The notes beneath the pieces were generated by a model, which saw only the letters and a list, made by a program, of their open reading frames with translations, had not been told where the DNA came from and did not search any database. 32,000 bases of DNA, taken from positions 750,001 through 782,000 of the forward strand of contig OZ245819.1 in assembly GCA_965228485.1 (NCBI GenBank), written 5' to 3'. The position numbers were made by a program, and so were the translations under genes. This DNA is from Candidatus Saccharimonadota bacterium (GTDB lineage Bacteria; Patescibacteriota; Gracilibacteria; UBA4473). Positions 7,698-16,167 of this stretch are shown here, one piece after another (within the stretch, counting starts at the first letter, position 1; each line of letters starts with the position of its first letter).

Positions 7698-8801
7698 ATG
7701 ATGGACTTCATAAAAAAAGTAATACGATTTTTTTCCAGGTTTACTGATGATACAGAGAAACTGTGTTACCAGTTTTTTATAAATCTTTCTCCAAAATCTG
7801 ATCATAAAACTGCTTCGGAAAGAGCTAAAAATATATTACAAAAAAATACTCCTCGAGCCCTTATGATTCTTGAGTGGAAGTTCAAAGGATATACCCAACT
7901 CACTAAAGGATACCGAAAAAAATGTTATGAAGATCTACTAATTCTTACCAAAGACTTTGAAGATTTTTACCAAGAAAAAAATATCGATTCTGAAGAAAAA
8001 TTTTTAAAAATTATTTCAGACTATCTGCACAAACATCGCCCGATAGAATATAAGGCTGGAGCTAGCTTTGATAAACTCCTTAAAAATCCTAAAGAAAAAA
8101 AACTGATCGGAGACTGTAATCAGATCACCTCCCTTTACATCTACTTCTTCAGTCTTAAATACGATATTTCTACGCTAAAGTTAAAACTTCTCCCGGGTCA
8201 CGTGTGCCTCCACCATGAAGGAACAGACTATGAAACTACCACTGGACAAATCAGCGTTTATAAAGAGTTTGAAAGACTGGCCCCAATAGAAGAAATTATT
8301 GCCGTCAATATCTTGGATACGTCCGACTATAGTGAAAATCAACACCCACTTCCCCCGGAAAACCGTTTGCAGTGTGCAGAACTAGCTATTGTTTTTTCTG
8401 GAAACAAAGAGCTTGCTCAACAGAATTTAGATGCGGCCTATCACAACCTTGCTATTCACGAAATGAACAGAAATCATTTTAAACAAGCAGCAAAGTGGGC
8501 TGAAAAAACGGAAGACAAGGCGCTCCTTGATGTCATCCTTCATAATGAAGCCGTTTATGAATTAAATCACAAACATTATGACAAAGCTCGTAGAATTTTT
8601 AAGAGACTTCATGATAAAGCGGGAGCAAAGGCTGTGGACCAAAAAGAACTTAATAGCCTTCTGGAAAAACTCAAAGGCTGTAAAACTACACAAGATTATA
8701 AAAATAAACGTACAGTAATTTATAAAATCAAAAAACTAGCACTTACTCTACACGATCGAGAAATACAAAAGTTTTGTGAAAATATTCTGAAACAAATTTA
8801 G
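7698..8801 (+). CDS. Hypothetical protein with a putative transglutaminase-like Cys-His-Asp core and TPR-like C-terminal helices
   Basis: 367 aa. LIGDCNQITSLYIYFF...LLPGHVCLHHEGTDYETT fits the G-x-C ... GH ... D spacing of transglutaminase-like cysteine peptidases (from memory). The C-terminal half has helical repeats (AAYHNLAIHEMNRNHFKQAAKWAEK; HNEAVYELNHKHYDKARRIFKRL). Confidence 0.55.
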   Translation: MMDFIKKVIRFFSRFTDDTEKLCYQFFINLSPKSDHKTASERAKNILQKNTPRALMILEWKFKGYTQLTKGYRKKCYEDLLILTKDFEDFYQEKNIDSEEKFLKIISDYLHKHRPIEYKAGASFDKLLKNPKEKKLIGDCNQITSLYIYFFSLKYDISTLKLKLLPGHVCLHHEGTDYETTTGQISVYKEFERLAPIEEIIAVNILDTSDYSENQHPLPPENRLQCAELAIVFSGNKELAQQNLDAAYHNLAIHEMNRNHFKQAAKWAEKTEDKALLDVILHNEAVYELNHKHYDKARRIFKRLHDKAGAKAVDQKELNSLLEKLKGCKTTQDYKNKRTVIYKIKKLALTLHDREIQKFCENILKQI

Positions 8802-9178
8802 AGTACTCCCACAATATAAAGCCCTGCTCCTAGAACCGCCACGAGCCCCCCAAGAAAATGAATTGTTTTTTGTGAATCGAACATTCCTTCAGCAAAGTCT
8901 TCAGCCACTTCTGGAAATCCGGCATATACAAGCCCTTTAAAGAAAGCTAGCCAACCAATTACCGAAATAAGAATTTCTTCTGGCGTTCCCCATCGACTAT
9001 GAAGCACAATCATTGTTGCCCCCATGAGCATAGCCATAAAACCAATACATAAACACAATCCATCGTTTTTAAAAATGGCTTTTAAACTAGCTTGAATCTG
9101 ACTTGGATGTGCAATAAATGCCAATCCCATTGCGAGATAGATTAAACCGAAAATTTGTAAAAATGTAGCTGTCAGCAT
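8798..9178 (-). CDS. Small integral membrane protein (about 4 TM helices)
   Basis: 126-aa hydrophobic ORF. Its 3' end overlaps the convergent gene by 4 nt. Confidence 0.6.
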   Translation of the reverse strand: MLTATFLQIFGLIYLAMGLAFIAHPSQIQASLKAIFKNDGLCLCIGFMAMLMGATMIVLHSRWGTPEEILISVIGWLAFFKGLVYAGFPEVAEDFAEGMFDSQKTIHFLGGLVAVLGAGLYIVGVL

Positions 9179-9226
9179 ATTTTTTATATTTATTAATAAG
9201 AAAATTCTAACAGACCTTGGACTTAT

Positions 9227-10249
9227 CTAAAAGAAAATTCGAACAATAACCCACCATAACGCCAATCCTGACATCAAAAGTGCGAAAACTGGAATTATAT
9301 AACGATCAAATTTCAATTTATAAATTACCCATAAAATAGGCAACGTAAAACACAGAATTATCAACTGCCCAATCTCAACTCCAACATTAAAAAATAAAAG
9401 AGAAGCTAATAACCTCCCAGAATCAGGGGCCACTTCACTAAAGATCCCCGCAAATCCTAATCCATGAAACAATCCAAAAGCAAAAATCACCATCAAACGA
9501 TTATGAGTATCTGCAAACCAAGGGTATTTTTTAGCCAAAAAAACAGTCGTCAGAGCTACGTAAGCAATTGAAGCCGCAATAACAGGTTCTACAATACGCC
9601 CCGAAAGTGTCAATATTTCGGTGCCACCAAGAATAAGAGTCACAGAATGAGCCGCCGTAAAGATTGTAACCATGCCCAAAATTCTTCTCCAGGGAGGAAG
9701 CATCAAAACTAATGCTAGGACAAAAAGCACATGATCAACCCCCTCTAATATGTGTTCGACCCCTAGTACAATATAATTTTTTGCAAATTGTAACCAATTT
9801 ATAGAATTAGGAACTTCATAGACCTCATCAAACGTACTCTGCACCTGATTTAATAAGACTAAATCATTCAAAGCAAAAGGACTCCCATCACTAAAGCCAT
9901 TCCCTGATAATAAAACATTTATATCTTGCGCCCAGTTCGTATCTTTGAGCGCCGGAGAACTTTCTATGAAATCAATGATTTCAGGTTCATTTGCCTCTGG
10001 ATTATTCAATAAAAACTCAACCAACTCTGGTGGTAAATTGAAGCTGCTCACCGAATCTTCTTCCTCACCCCAAAGAATAAGTTCTTCTCCATTTTCTATT
10101 GAGGATATAAATTCTTGAAATTCTGCTTCTGTAGCATCGGGATTTTCGGCCAGAAACGTTAATATCTCAGGAGGAATATCATGTGCCTGAACACTTCCAA
10201 AAGTGAATACCAGTAGCAACAATGACTGAATTAAAAACCTCATGACCAT
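9227..10249 (-). CDS. HupE/UreJ-type membrane protein with an acidic, internally repeated N-terminal extension
   Basis: Signal peptide followed by an acidic region of about 140 aa. That region holds two copies of PPE-x-L-x-FL-x-x-NP-x-A-x-E-x-E-x-x-x-FI-x-SS. The multi-TM C-terminal domain carries HILEGVDHVLFVLALVL (HupE/UreJ-like, from memory). Confidence 0.7.
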   Translation of the reverse strand: MVMRFLIQSLLLLVFTFGSVQAHDIPPEILTFLAENPDATEAEFQEFISSIENGEELILWGEEEDSVSSFNLPPELVEFLLNNPEANEPEIIDFIESSPALKDTNWAQDINVLLSGNGFSDGSPFALNDLVLLNQVQSTFDEVYEVPNSINWLQFAKNYIVLGVEHILEGVDHVLFVLALVLMLPPWRRILGMVTIFTAAHSVTLILGGTEILTLSGRIVEPVIAASIAYVALTTVFLAKKYPWFADTHNRLMVIFAFGLFHGLGFAGIFSEVAPDSGRLLASLLFFNVGVEIGQLIILCFTLPILWVIYKLKFDRYIIPVFALLMSGLALWWVIVRIFF

Positions 10250-10303
10250 AAAAATTACGAATAAACACTATATTTTTATTCAAAAAAGTCATAAAAAAAA
10301 TAC

Positions 10304-10309
10304 TATAAT
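10304..10309 (+). promoter_or_regulatory. -10 box (TATAAT), 6 nt before ATG 10316
   Basis: TATAAT-TTCGTT-ATG. Confidence 0.45.
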
Positions 10310-10315
10310 TTCGTT

Positions 10316-10768
10316 ATGACAAAACTTCCATACTTACCACTCGGAAGGGAAATAAAATACGTTCCTGAATCGCACGAATTTATACAAGCAGCCAAAACGA
10401 TCGCACGCACTCAATCTCTTGACCCCGACCATCCCACAGGAGCCGTGATTGTAAAAAATAATACTATCATTGGACAGGGGGCCAACGGTTCTCAATTTCA
10501 CAAATTCCCTGGATGTTTAAGAAAAAAGGTAAAAGCTCCAACTGGAACAATGTACTGGATATGCCCTGGATGCTCTCCAAAAAATCACGCCGAACAAAGA
10601 GCTCTTCAAAACTGTAAACAAAAAAACTTGGAGACAAAGAATGCAGACCTCTACCTTTGGGGGCATTGGTGGTGCTGTAAATCATGCTGGTTTCATATGA
10701 TTCAGGCAGGTATAAACAATGTTTACCTCCCTGACAATGCTGAAGAGCACTTTAAAAAAGGAAACTAA
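10316..10768 (+). CDS. Cytidine/deoxycytidylate deaminase family protein (dCMP deaminase-like)
   Basis: HAEQRAL (H-A-E zinc/catalytic motif) and CCKSC (a variant of PCxxC). An extra CPGC pair sits just before HAE. Confidence 0.75.
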   Translation: MTKLPYLPLGREIKYVPESHEFIQAAKTIARTQSLDPDHPTGAVIVKNNTIIGQGANGSQFHKFPGCLRKKVKAPTGTMYWICPGCSPKNHAEQRALQNCKQKNLETKNADLYLWGHWWCCKSCWFHMIQAGINNVYLPDNAEEHFKKGN

Positions 10769-10785
10769 ATACTAAAAACAAAACA

Positions 10786-12675
10786 ATGCGGTTCAACCTT
10801 GGATTAAAATCTCACTTTCTTGAGCAAGAATACTTATGCACAAATGGAATTGGGGGTTTTTGCAGTAATACTGTACTAAATACAAACACCCGAAAATATC
10901 ATGGCGTTCTTTGTGCTAGCTTGACACCGCCGACCGATAGACAGCTGATCCTGAACCATTTGATTGAAACTATAAAAGTTGAGACCAAAGAAATTCCACT
11001 TTCACAAGAACTCTACCAGAGAAAGCCTGAAATAGAATCACTTCCCCCCCTACAAAGCTTTACTGTAAAGCCTTTCCCCAATTGGCAATACGAAGATCAT
11101 CGTTTTAGCCTGAAAAAAGAATGTTGGATGACTCCTGGTGAAAATACAACAAATATTACCTATACCAATACCGGAAAGAGCAACTTAACATTAAATCTTA
11201 AACCTCTTCTAAGCCTAAGAGGATATCATGGGCTAAGACAGCAACAAATCAATATCGAGAGTGAAATTTTGCTTAAAAAGCTCCTCATAAAGTCCGATGG
11301 ATTTCCTATAATTTCTATTGGCTATTCTCGAGGACAGTGGACAAGTCATGGTCATTGGTATGAGAGTTGCTATTACCCAGAAGAAAAATTACGTGGATAT
11401 GATTCCTCAGAAGATAACTTTTGCCCTAAAGAACTGACTGTTGTTTTAGCTCCTCAAGAAAATCTAGAGCTACAAATTTCAGTTGAGACAAACCCACTCA
11501 ACATAAAACAATCACTAAAACAGTTAGAAAAGCGTAACAAAAAACTTACGAAGAATAGCCAATCAACCTGGGAAGAAAACCTTACCCTATCGGCCAATCA
11601 ATTTATTGTTGAACGCAAATCTATTAATGGAAAAACTATTCTCGCAGGATATCCATGGTTTACTGATTGGGGGAGAGATACTCTTATTTCCTTAAGAGGA
11701 TTTCAATATTTTTTAGATAAAAAAGATATCCAATCAATTATTTTCGCTTTTCTTGAACATGAAACCAAAGGGCTTATTCCAAACCGTTTTCCTGATAACC
11801 CAAATGACCATATCGAGTATAACACGGCTGATGCGACTCTATGGATTTTTGTAATACTGAAAGAAATTTTTGATTTTAAGAAAGATAAGCGCTTTATCAA
11901 AAAAATCACTCCTATATTGCAAAAAATTATAAACCACCATATAGAAGGGACCTCTCATGGAATTAAGTGTGAGGAAAATGGATTACTCCAGGCTAACTCT
12001 CCTGGATATCAACTAACCTGGATGGATGCAAAAATAGGTAATGAAGTCATAACTCCTAGGTCAGGATTTCCAGTAGAAATTAATTGCCTCTGGTATAACG
12101 CTTTGAAGATTTTTTATGAAATTGATTCCTTCGATCAAAGAATAGAAAAAATAATTAACAGATTTGAGAACAGCTTTGAAAAACATTTTTGGATAGAAGA
12201 TTCACTAGCTGATTTTTTAACTCCCGATTTAGCTCAAAACACCCAAATTAGACCCAACCAAATTTGGGCTCTTAGTCTTCCTTTCTCTCCGTTATCAACA
12301 CAGCAACAAGAAAGCATTCTGAATAATGTAAGTAAGCACTTATACACTCCTTTGGGATTGAGAAGCTTAGAAGAAAATGACAACGAATTTCAAGCCTACT
12401 ATCAAGGAGGTGCTGTGACGAGAGACCGGGCTTATCACCAAGGAACCGTTTGGACTTACCTGCTGCTAGATTACTGGAAGGCTTACAAAAAAATACATGG
12501 AAATATCACCCCTCTTAAAAAAGATCTCGAAGTGCTTAAGAATCATTTCTATCAAGATGGATGTCTACATGGTGTTTCTGAAGTATTCGATGGTAAAACT
12601 CCAAAAAGAGGAAAAGGTTGTATTAATCAAGCCTGGAGTGTAGCCGCCTTACTCTGGATAGAGAACAACCTATAA
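10786..12675 (+). CDS. Glycogen debranching enzyme (amylo-alpha-1,6-glucosidase type, with GDE N-terminal domain)
   Basis: 629 aa with GYPWFTDWGRDTLISLRG, YHQGTVWTYLL and NQAWSVAA blocks of the (alpha/alpha)6 GDE_C fold. It starts 17 nt after the deaminase gene. Confidence 0.88.
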   Translation: MRFNLGLKSHFLEQEYLCTNGIGGFCSNTVLNTNTRKYHGVLCASLTPPTDRQLILNHLIETIKVETKEIPLSQELYQRKPEIESLPPLQSFTVKPFPNWQYEDHRFSLKKECWMTPGENTTNITYTNTGKSNLTLNLKPLLSLRGYHGLRQQQINIESEILLKKLLIKSDGFPIISIGYSRGQWTSHGHWYESCYYPEEKLRGYDSSEDNFCPKELTVVLAPQENLELQISVETNPLNIKQSLKQLEKRNKKLTKNSQSTWEENLTLSANQFIVERKSINGKTILAGYPWFTDWGRDTLISLRGFQYFLDKKDIQSIIFAFLEHETKGLIPNRFPDNPNDHIEYNTADATLWIFVILKEIFDFKKDKRFIKKITPILQKIINHHIEGTSHGIKCEENGLLQANSPGYQLTWMDAKIGNEVITPRSGFPVEINCLWYNALKIFYEIDSFDQRIEKIINRFENSFEKHFWIEDSLADFLTPDLAQNTQIRPNQIWALSLPFSPLSTQQQESILNNVSKHLYTPLGLRSLEENDNEFQAYYQGGAVTRDRAYHQGTVWTYLLLDYWKAYKKIHGNITPLKKDLEVLKNHFYQDGCLHGVSEVFDGKTPKRGKGCINQAWSVAALLWIENNL

Positions 12676-14109
12676 AGGCTTAATATTTTGTCCTTCTGCA
12701 CCATCAAGCACCTGATAGCCGAAAGCTTTAATCTCATCTCTCAACCGATCTGATTCTTCCCAATTTTTTTCAGATCGTGCAACTGTTCGAGCTTCTATAA
12801 GTTTTTGAACCGCTTCTGGAATTTCTGCTACTTTAACTTCCGTATCAAGTACTTCAAAAATATTATTAAAGTCTGTTTCAAAGAAAGCTAAAAAATTATC
12901 TCGAGCTTTAGAAGAGAGTGTTTTACTTTCTACAGCATGAGTCGCATACTTTAAGAGTAAAAATACGATCCCTAGAGCTTCTGAAACATTTAGATCATCA
13001 AACAAAGCCTGATTAAAATTTACAGAAAAATTATCATGCAGCTCTCCATCAATTCCACCAATAGCTGGTTCATAGTTTTTCACCCTCTGGTAGGTTTCGT
13101 TAATTTTAGTAATTGATTTTCGAGCATCCTCTAAAGCTTTCTCCGTAAAGTTAAAAGCTGTTCTATAGTGAGCTGTCATTAACGCATACCGAATTTCTTC
13201 TCCTGTCCATCCTTTGTCCAATAAATCTCGAATAGTAAAAAAATTCCCTTTGGATTTAGACATTTTCTGACCATCCACAAGCAGATGTTTTGCATGCATC
13301 CAATAGGGAATTTTCATTCCACAACCACACTCATTTTGGGCAATTTCACACTCGTGATGTGGAAAAATATTATCTTCTCCTCCCGTGTGAATATCAACAT
13401 ATCCCAAAATAGCATGACTCATGGCACTACATTCAATATGCCATCCGGGAAACCCTCTTCCCCAAGGACTATCCCATTGCATTAGATGGTTTTCATCGGC
13501 CTTTTTCCAAAGAGCGAAATCAAGTGGGTTTTCTTTCTCATCATTAACTTCCACCCTAGCTCCAGCCTGCAAATCTTCAAGGTTATTCTTAGAAAGCTTT
13601 CCATAGTCTTCAAATTTTGTCGCACGAAAATAAACCGATCCCTCAACATGATAAGCAAAGCCTTTGTTGATCAAGTCTTCTGTTAGACTTATCTGTTCCT
13701 GAATAAAATCTGTTGCTTTTGGTCTGTGATGCGGAGGTGAAATTTTTAGTTTTGCTTCATCTTCTAAGAAGTAATTCGTAAATTTCTCCGCCACAGCAAA
13801 AGCGTCTACCCCTTCTGCCTTAGCTTTTTTTGCAATCTTGTCTTCACCATCTGCATCTGCAAAATCATCATTTGTTAGATGTCCAACATCCGTAATATTT
13901 TGAACCTTAACCACCTCATAATTAGCTAATTTTAAAGTTCTAAAAAGCAAATCTGACATTAGAAAAGATCGAAAGTTTCCAATATGAGCAAAGTCATAAA
14001 CCGTCGGCCCACAAGAATATAAATGCACCTTTCCTTTGGTGTTTAGTTTTTCTTCCAGTAATTCTTTTTTTCCCGTTAACGTATTGTAGATATAAACCAA
14101 TTCAGCCAT
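12670..14109 (-). CDS. cysS: Cysteine--tRNA ligase
   Basis: AHIGNFRSF (HIGH-type motif), FPGWHIECSAM and KMSKSKGN. The track start at 14127 is TTG; the ATG at 14109 gives MAELVYIYNTLTG. A TAGGAT box (14122..14117) lies 7 nt upstream of that ATG. Confidence 0.93.
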   Translation of the reverse strand: MAELVYIYNTLTGKKELLEEKLNTKGKVHLYSCGPTVYDFAHIGNFRSFLMSDLLFRTLKLANYEVVKVQNITDVGHLTNDDFADADGEDKIAKKAKAEGVDAFAVAEKFTNYFLEDEAKLKISPPHHRPKATDFIQEQISLTEDLINKGFAYHVEGSVYFRATKFEDYGKLSKNNLEDLQAGARVEVNDEKENPLDFALWKKADENHLMQWDSPWGRGFPGWHIECSAMSHAILGYVDIHTGGEDNIFPHHECEIAQNECGCGMKIPYWMHAKHLLVDGQKMSKSKGNFFTIRDLLDKGWTGEEIRYALMTAHYRTAFNFTEKALEDARKSITKINETYQRVKNYEPAIGGIDGELHDNFSVNFNQALFDDLNVSEALGIVFLLLKYATHAVESKTLSSKARDNFLAFFETDFNNIFEVLDTEVKVAEIPEAVQKLIEARTVARSEKNWEESDRLRDEIKAFGYQVLDGAEGQNIKPL

Positions 14110-14140
14110 TGTTAAAATCCTATTCAAACCACTTTATTTA

Positions 14141-15103
14141 TCAACTCTTGCCGCCATTCTCTTTTACTGGAAAGAAAAGAACAGTCTTTAAATCTTTAGG
14201 ATCGGTTTCTTTTGGGTTATTGAGATATACCTCTAGAGGGTCGACTCCCTTTTTAGGTTTTATTTTTTTAGAACGTAGATAAGCGTACCCGGCTGTCCAA
14301 GCATTACCTAAATTCTCGTATCTCCCCGTATGTTTAAGAACCAAGGCTTTTCCTCCAAACAAACGCCCAGCTACAAAATCTTCAGCCGCATCTCGTGGAG
14401 ACTTTACTGAAAATCCAGAGGTGTAAGTACAAATTTTCGCCTTAAAGTCATACTTATGATAAATTGAAAACACCGTTCCAGATGTATGAATTTGGTGCTC
14501 GTTCATATAAGCTTCTAATTTTTCAAAATCAGCTTTCATGCTTTCCCCAATGGCATCTAAACTACAAGTTTTCTTTACCCCAATATAGTTAAAACCATCA
14601 AATTTACGTGCATCTTCAATCTCAACCAGAGAAAGAACCTCTCCCGTTTCACAGTATTCCTTCAGCATGGTTAATCCTCTAACATAGTCCATCCCTACAA
14701 ATTCTTCCATCATAGAAGTCATCCAAAACATAAACCACGGTAACCGACTATCCATGGTCCAAGTAACTTTTGTTGTCCCCTCTAAGTCTTCAAACTCAAA
14801 ACGAACTTTTGATGCTGATTTCCAAGGTTTAAAAAATCTCAAATCATAATCAATAGCTCTATTAGGCGCAATGCTGGTTATTTCTAATTCTCCTGCCCCT
14901 AGCAAATCCCCTTCCCAACCATGAACCGCCCCCACAATGCCGTCTGCGCCTTCTAATGTAGTCTTTGCGGAAGGTTCCATAACCATCCATGGAGACCATT
15001 TTTTCATTTCTGAAAAGTTTACAACCAACTGAAATACCTCGGAAACTTCTCGATCAATCTGAATTGAGCGATTTACTGAAAATTTCGTTGAAAATAAAGA
15101 CAT
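14141..15103 (-). CDS. SRPBCC (START/polyketide-cyclase-like) domain fused to a GyrI-like small-molecule-binding domain
   Basis: 320 aa. The N-terminal block FSVNRSIQIDREVSEVFQLVVNFSEMKKWSPW is SRPBCC-like. The C-terminal block GRYENLGNAWTAGYAYL...DPLEVYLNNP is GyrI-like (from memory). The stop is TGA, followed directly by TAA. Confidence 0.7.
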   Translation of the reverse strand: MSLFSTKFSVNRSIQIDREVSEVFQLVVNFSEMKKWSPWMVMEPSAKTTLEGADGIVGAVHGWEGDLLGAGELEITSIAPNRAIDYDLRFFKPWKSASKVRFEFEDLEGTTKVTWTMDSRLPWFMFWMTSMMEEFVGMDYVRGLTMLKEYCETGEVLSLVEIEDARKFDGFNYIGVKKTCSLDAIGESMKADFEKLEAYMNEHQIHTSGTVFSIYHKYDFKAKICTYTSGFSVKSPRDAAEDFVAGRLFGGKALVLKHTGRYENLGNAWTAGYAYLRSKKIKPKKGVDPLEVYLNNPKETDPKDLKTVLFFPVKENGGKS

Positions 15104-15184
15104 AGTGATATGATTAATTCATTTTCAATCCTAAGATTTTACAATAAAATTAACAAGTGTGATTTGATTATCCTTATAAAATAG

Positions 15185-16012
15185 ATGAAAAAACTGCGAT
15201 ATCTTATTCCAGTACCAATAAAGAAAATTCTTAAATATAGTTTTTACGCACTTGAAGATGCTTTTAATTTTATTCGAGGGAAATCTGACCCCAATTATCC
15301 TCCAAAAAGATTAAATTTTGTAGGAAGCCATGACTTTAAAAGCGTTGGAAAAGAATTCTTAAATCACTTCCAATCACTTGGTAAACTCAGCCCAACAGAT
15401 CAGGTACTGGATATTGGCTGTGGGATTGGAAGAATGGCGATCCCATTAACGAGTTTTTTAGATAAAGATGCCCAATATGAAGGATTTGATATTGATAAAA
15501 GAGGGGTTGAATGGTGTCAAAAAAATATAACTTCAAAACACCCTCATTTTCGATTTCAATACACCGATATTTATAACAAATATTATAACAAAAAAGGTCG
15601 GATCCAAGCACAAGAATTTAAGTTTCCTTATGAAGACAACTCTTTTGATTTTGTGTTCGCGACTTCAGTTTTCACTCACATGCTGACACAAGATGCCGAA
15701 AACTATTTGCGAGAAATTTCACGAGTAACACGCCCAAATGGAACTATTTTTCTTACCTGGTTTGTTCTAAGTCAAGAGAGTTTAAACGCTATGAAAGCCA
15801 ATAAAACAACGGCTAATTTTCAGTACCAACTGGAGAAAGCTTACTACTCACACAAAAACAATCCCGAAGCAGAAACCGCTTATGAAGCAACCTGGCTAAT
15901 AAAAAATCTAGAAACTAATGGTCTTAGAAATATATCACACTACCCAGGTTGGTGGTCAGGAGCCAAAGACTCCAAATCTTACCAAGATATTATTATTGCT
16001 AAGAAAGACTAA
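15185..16012 (+). CDS. Class I SAM-dependent methyltransferase
   Basis: VLDIGCGIGRMAIPL (motif I), FDFVFATSVFTH (motif II region) and RPNGTIFLT. Confidence 0.85.
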   Translation: MKKLRYLIPVPIKKILKYSFYALEDAFNFIRGKSDPNYPPKRLNFVGSHDFKSVGKEFLNHFQSLGKLSPTDQVLDIGCGIGRMAIPLTSFLDKDAQYEGFDIDKRGVEWCQKNITSKHPHFRFQYTDIYNKYYNKKGRIQAQEFKFPYEDNSFDFVFATSVFTHMLTQDAENYLREISRVTRPNGTIFLTWFVLSQESLNAMKANKTTANFQYQLEKAYYSHKNNPEAETAYEATWLIKNLETNGLRNISHYPGWWSGAKDSKSYQDIIIAKKD

Positions 16013-16167
16013 AATATCGTGTATATAAAAGGAGCCAAAGCAGAGCCTTGGGTAAAAACAATTAATAAGCCCAGTAGAACCAAAATCAGAACTAGGGGCA
16101 GCATCCAAAATTGCTTACGCTCAAAAATAAAGTGAAAAATATCCTTAACGGTTTTGAATTTACTCAT
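16009..16167 (-). CDS. DUF5989-like small membrane protein (52 aa), missed by the ORF track
   Basis: MSKFKTVKDIFHFIFERKQFWMLPLVLILVLLGLLIVFTQGSALAPFIYTIF*. The pattern ...RK-x-x-W-x-LP ... G-x-L-I-V-x-TQGSA-x-APFIYT-x-F matches DUF5989, which accompanies carbamoyltransferase genes (from memory). The ATG overlaps the upstream gene stop by 8 nt. Confidence 0.6.
   Translation of the reverse strand: MSKFKTVKDIFHFIFERKQFWMLPLVLILVLLGLLIVFTQGSALAPFIYTIF

Noticed and set aside
10293-10300. An A8 homopolymer in the divergent HupE / deaminase promoter region, as a possible phase-variation tract.
   Set aside because: Runs of 7-9 A or T are frequent throughout this AT-rich window, including inside conserved coding regions. 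Nothing singles this one out.
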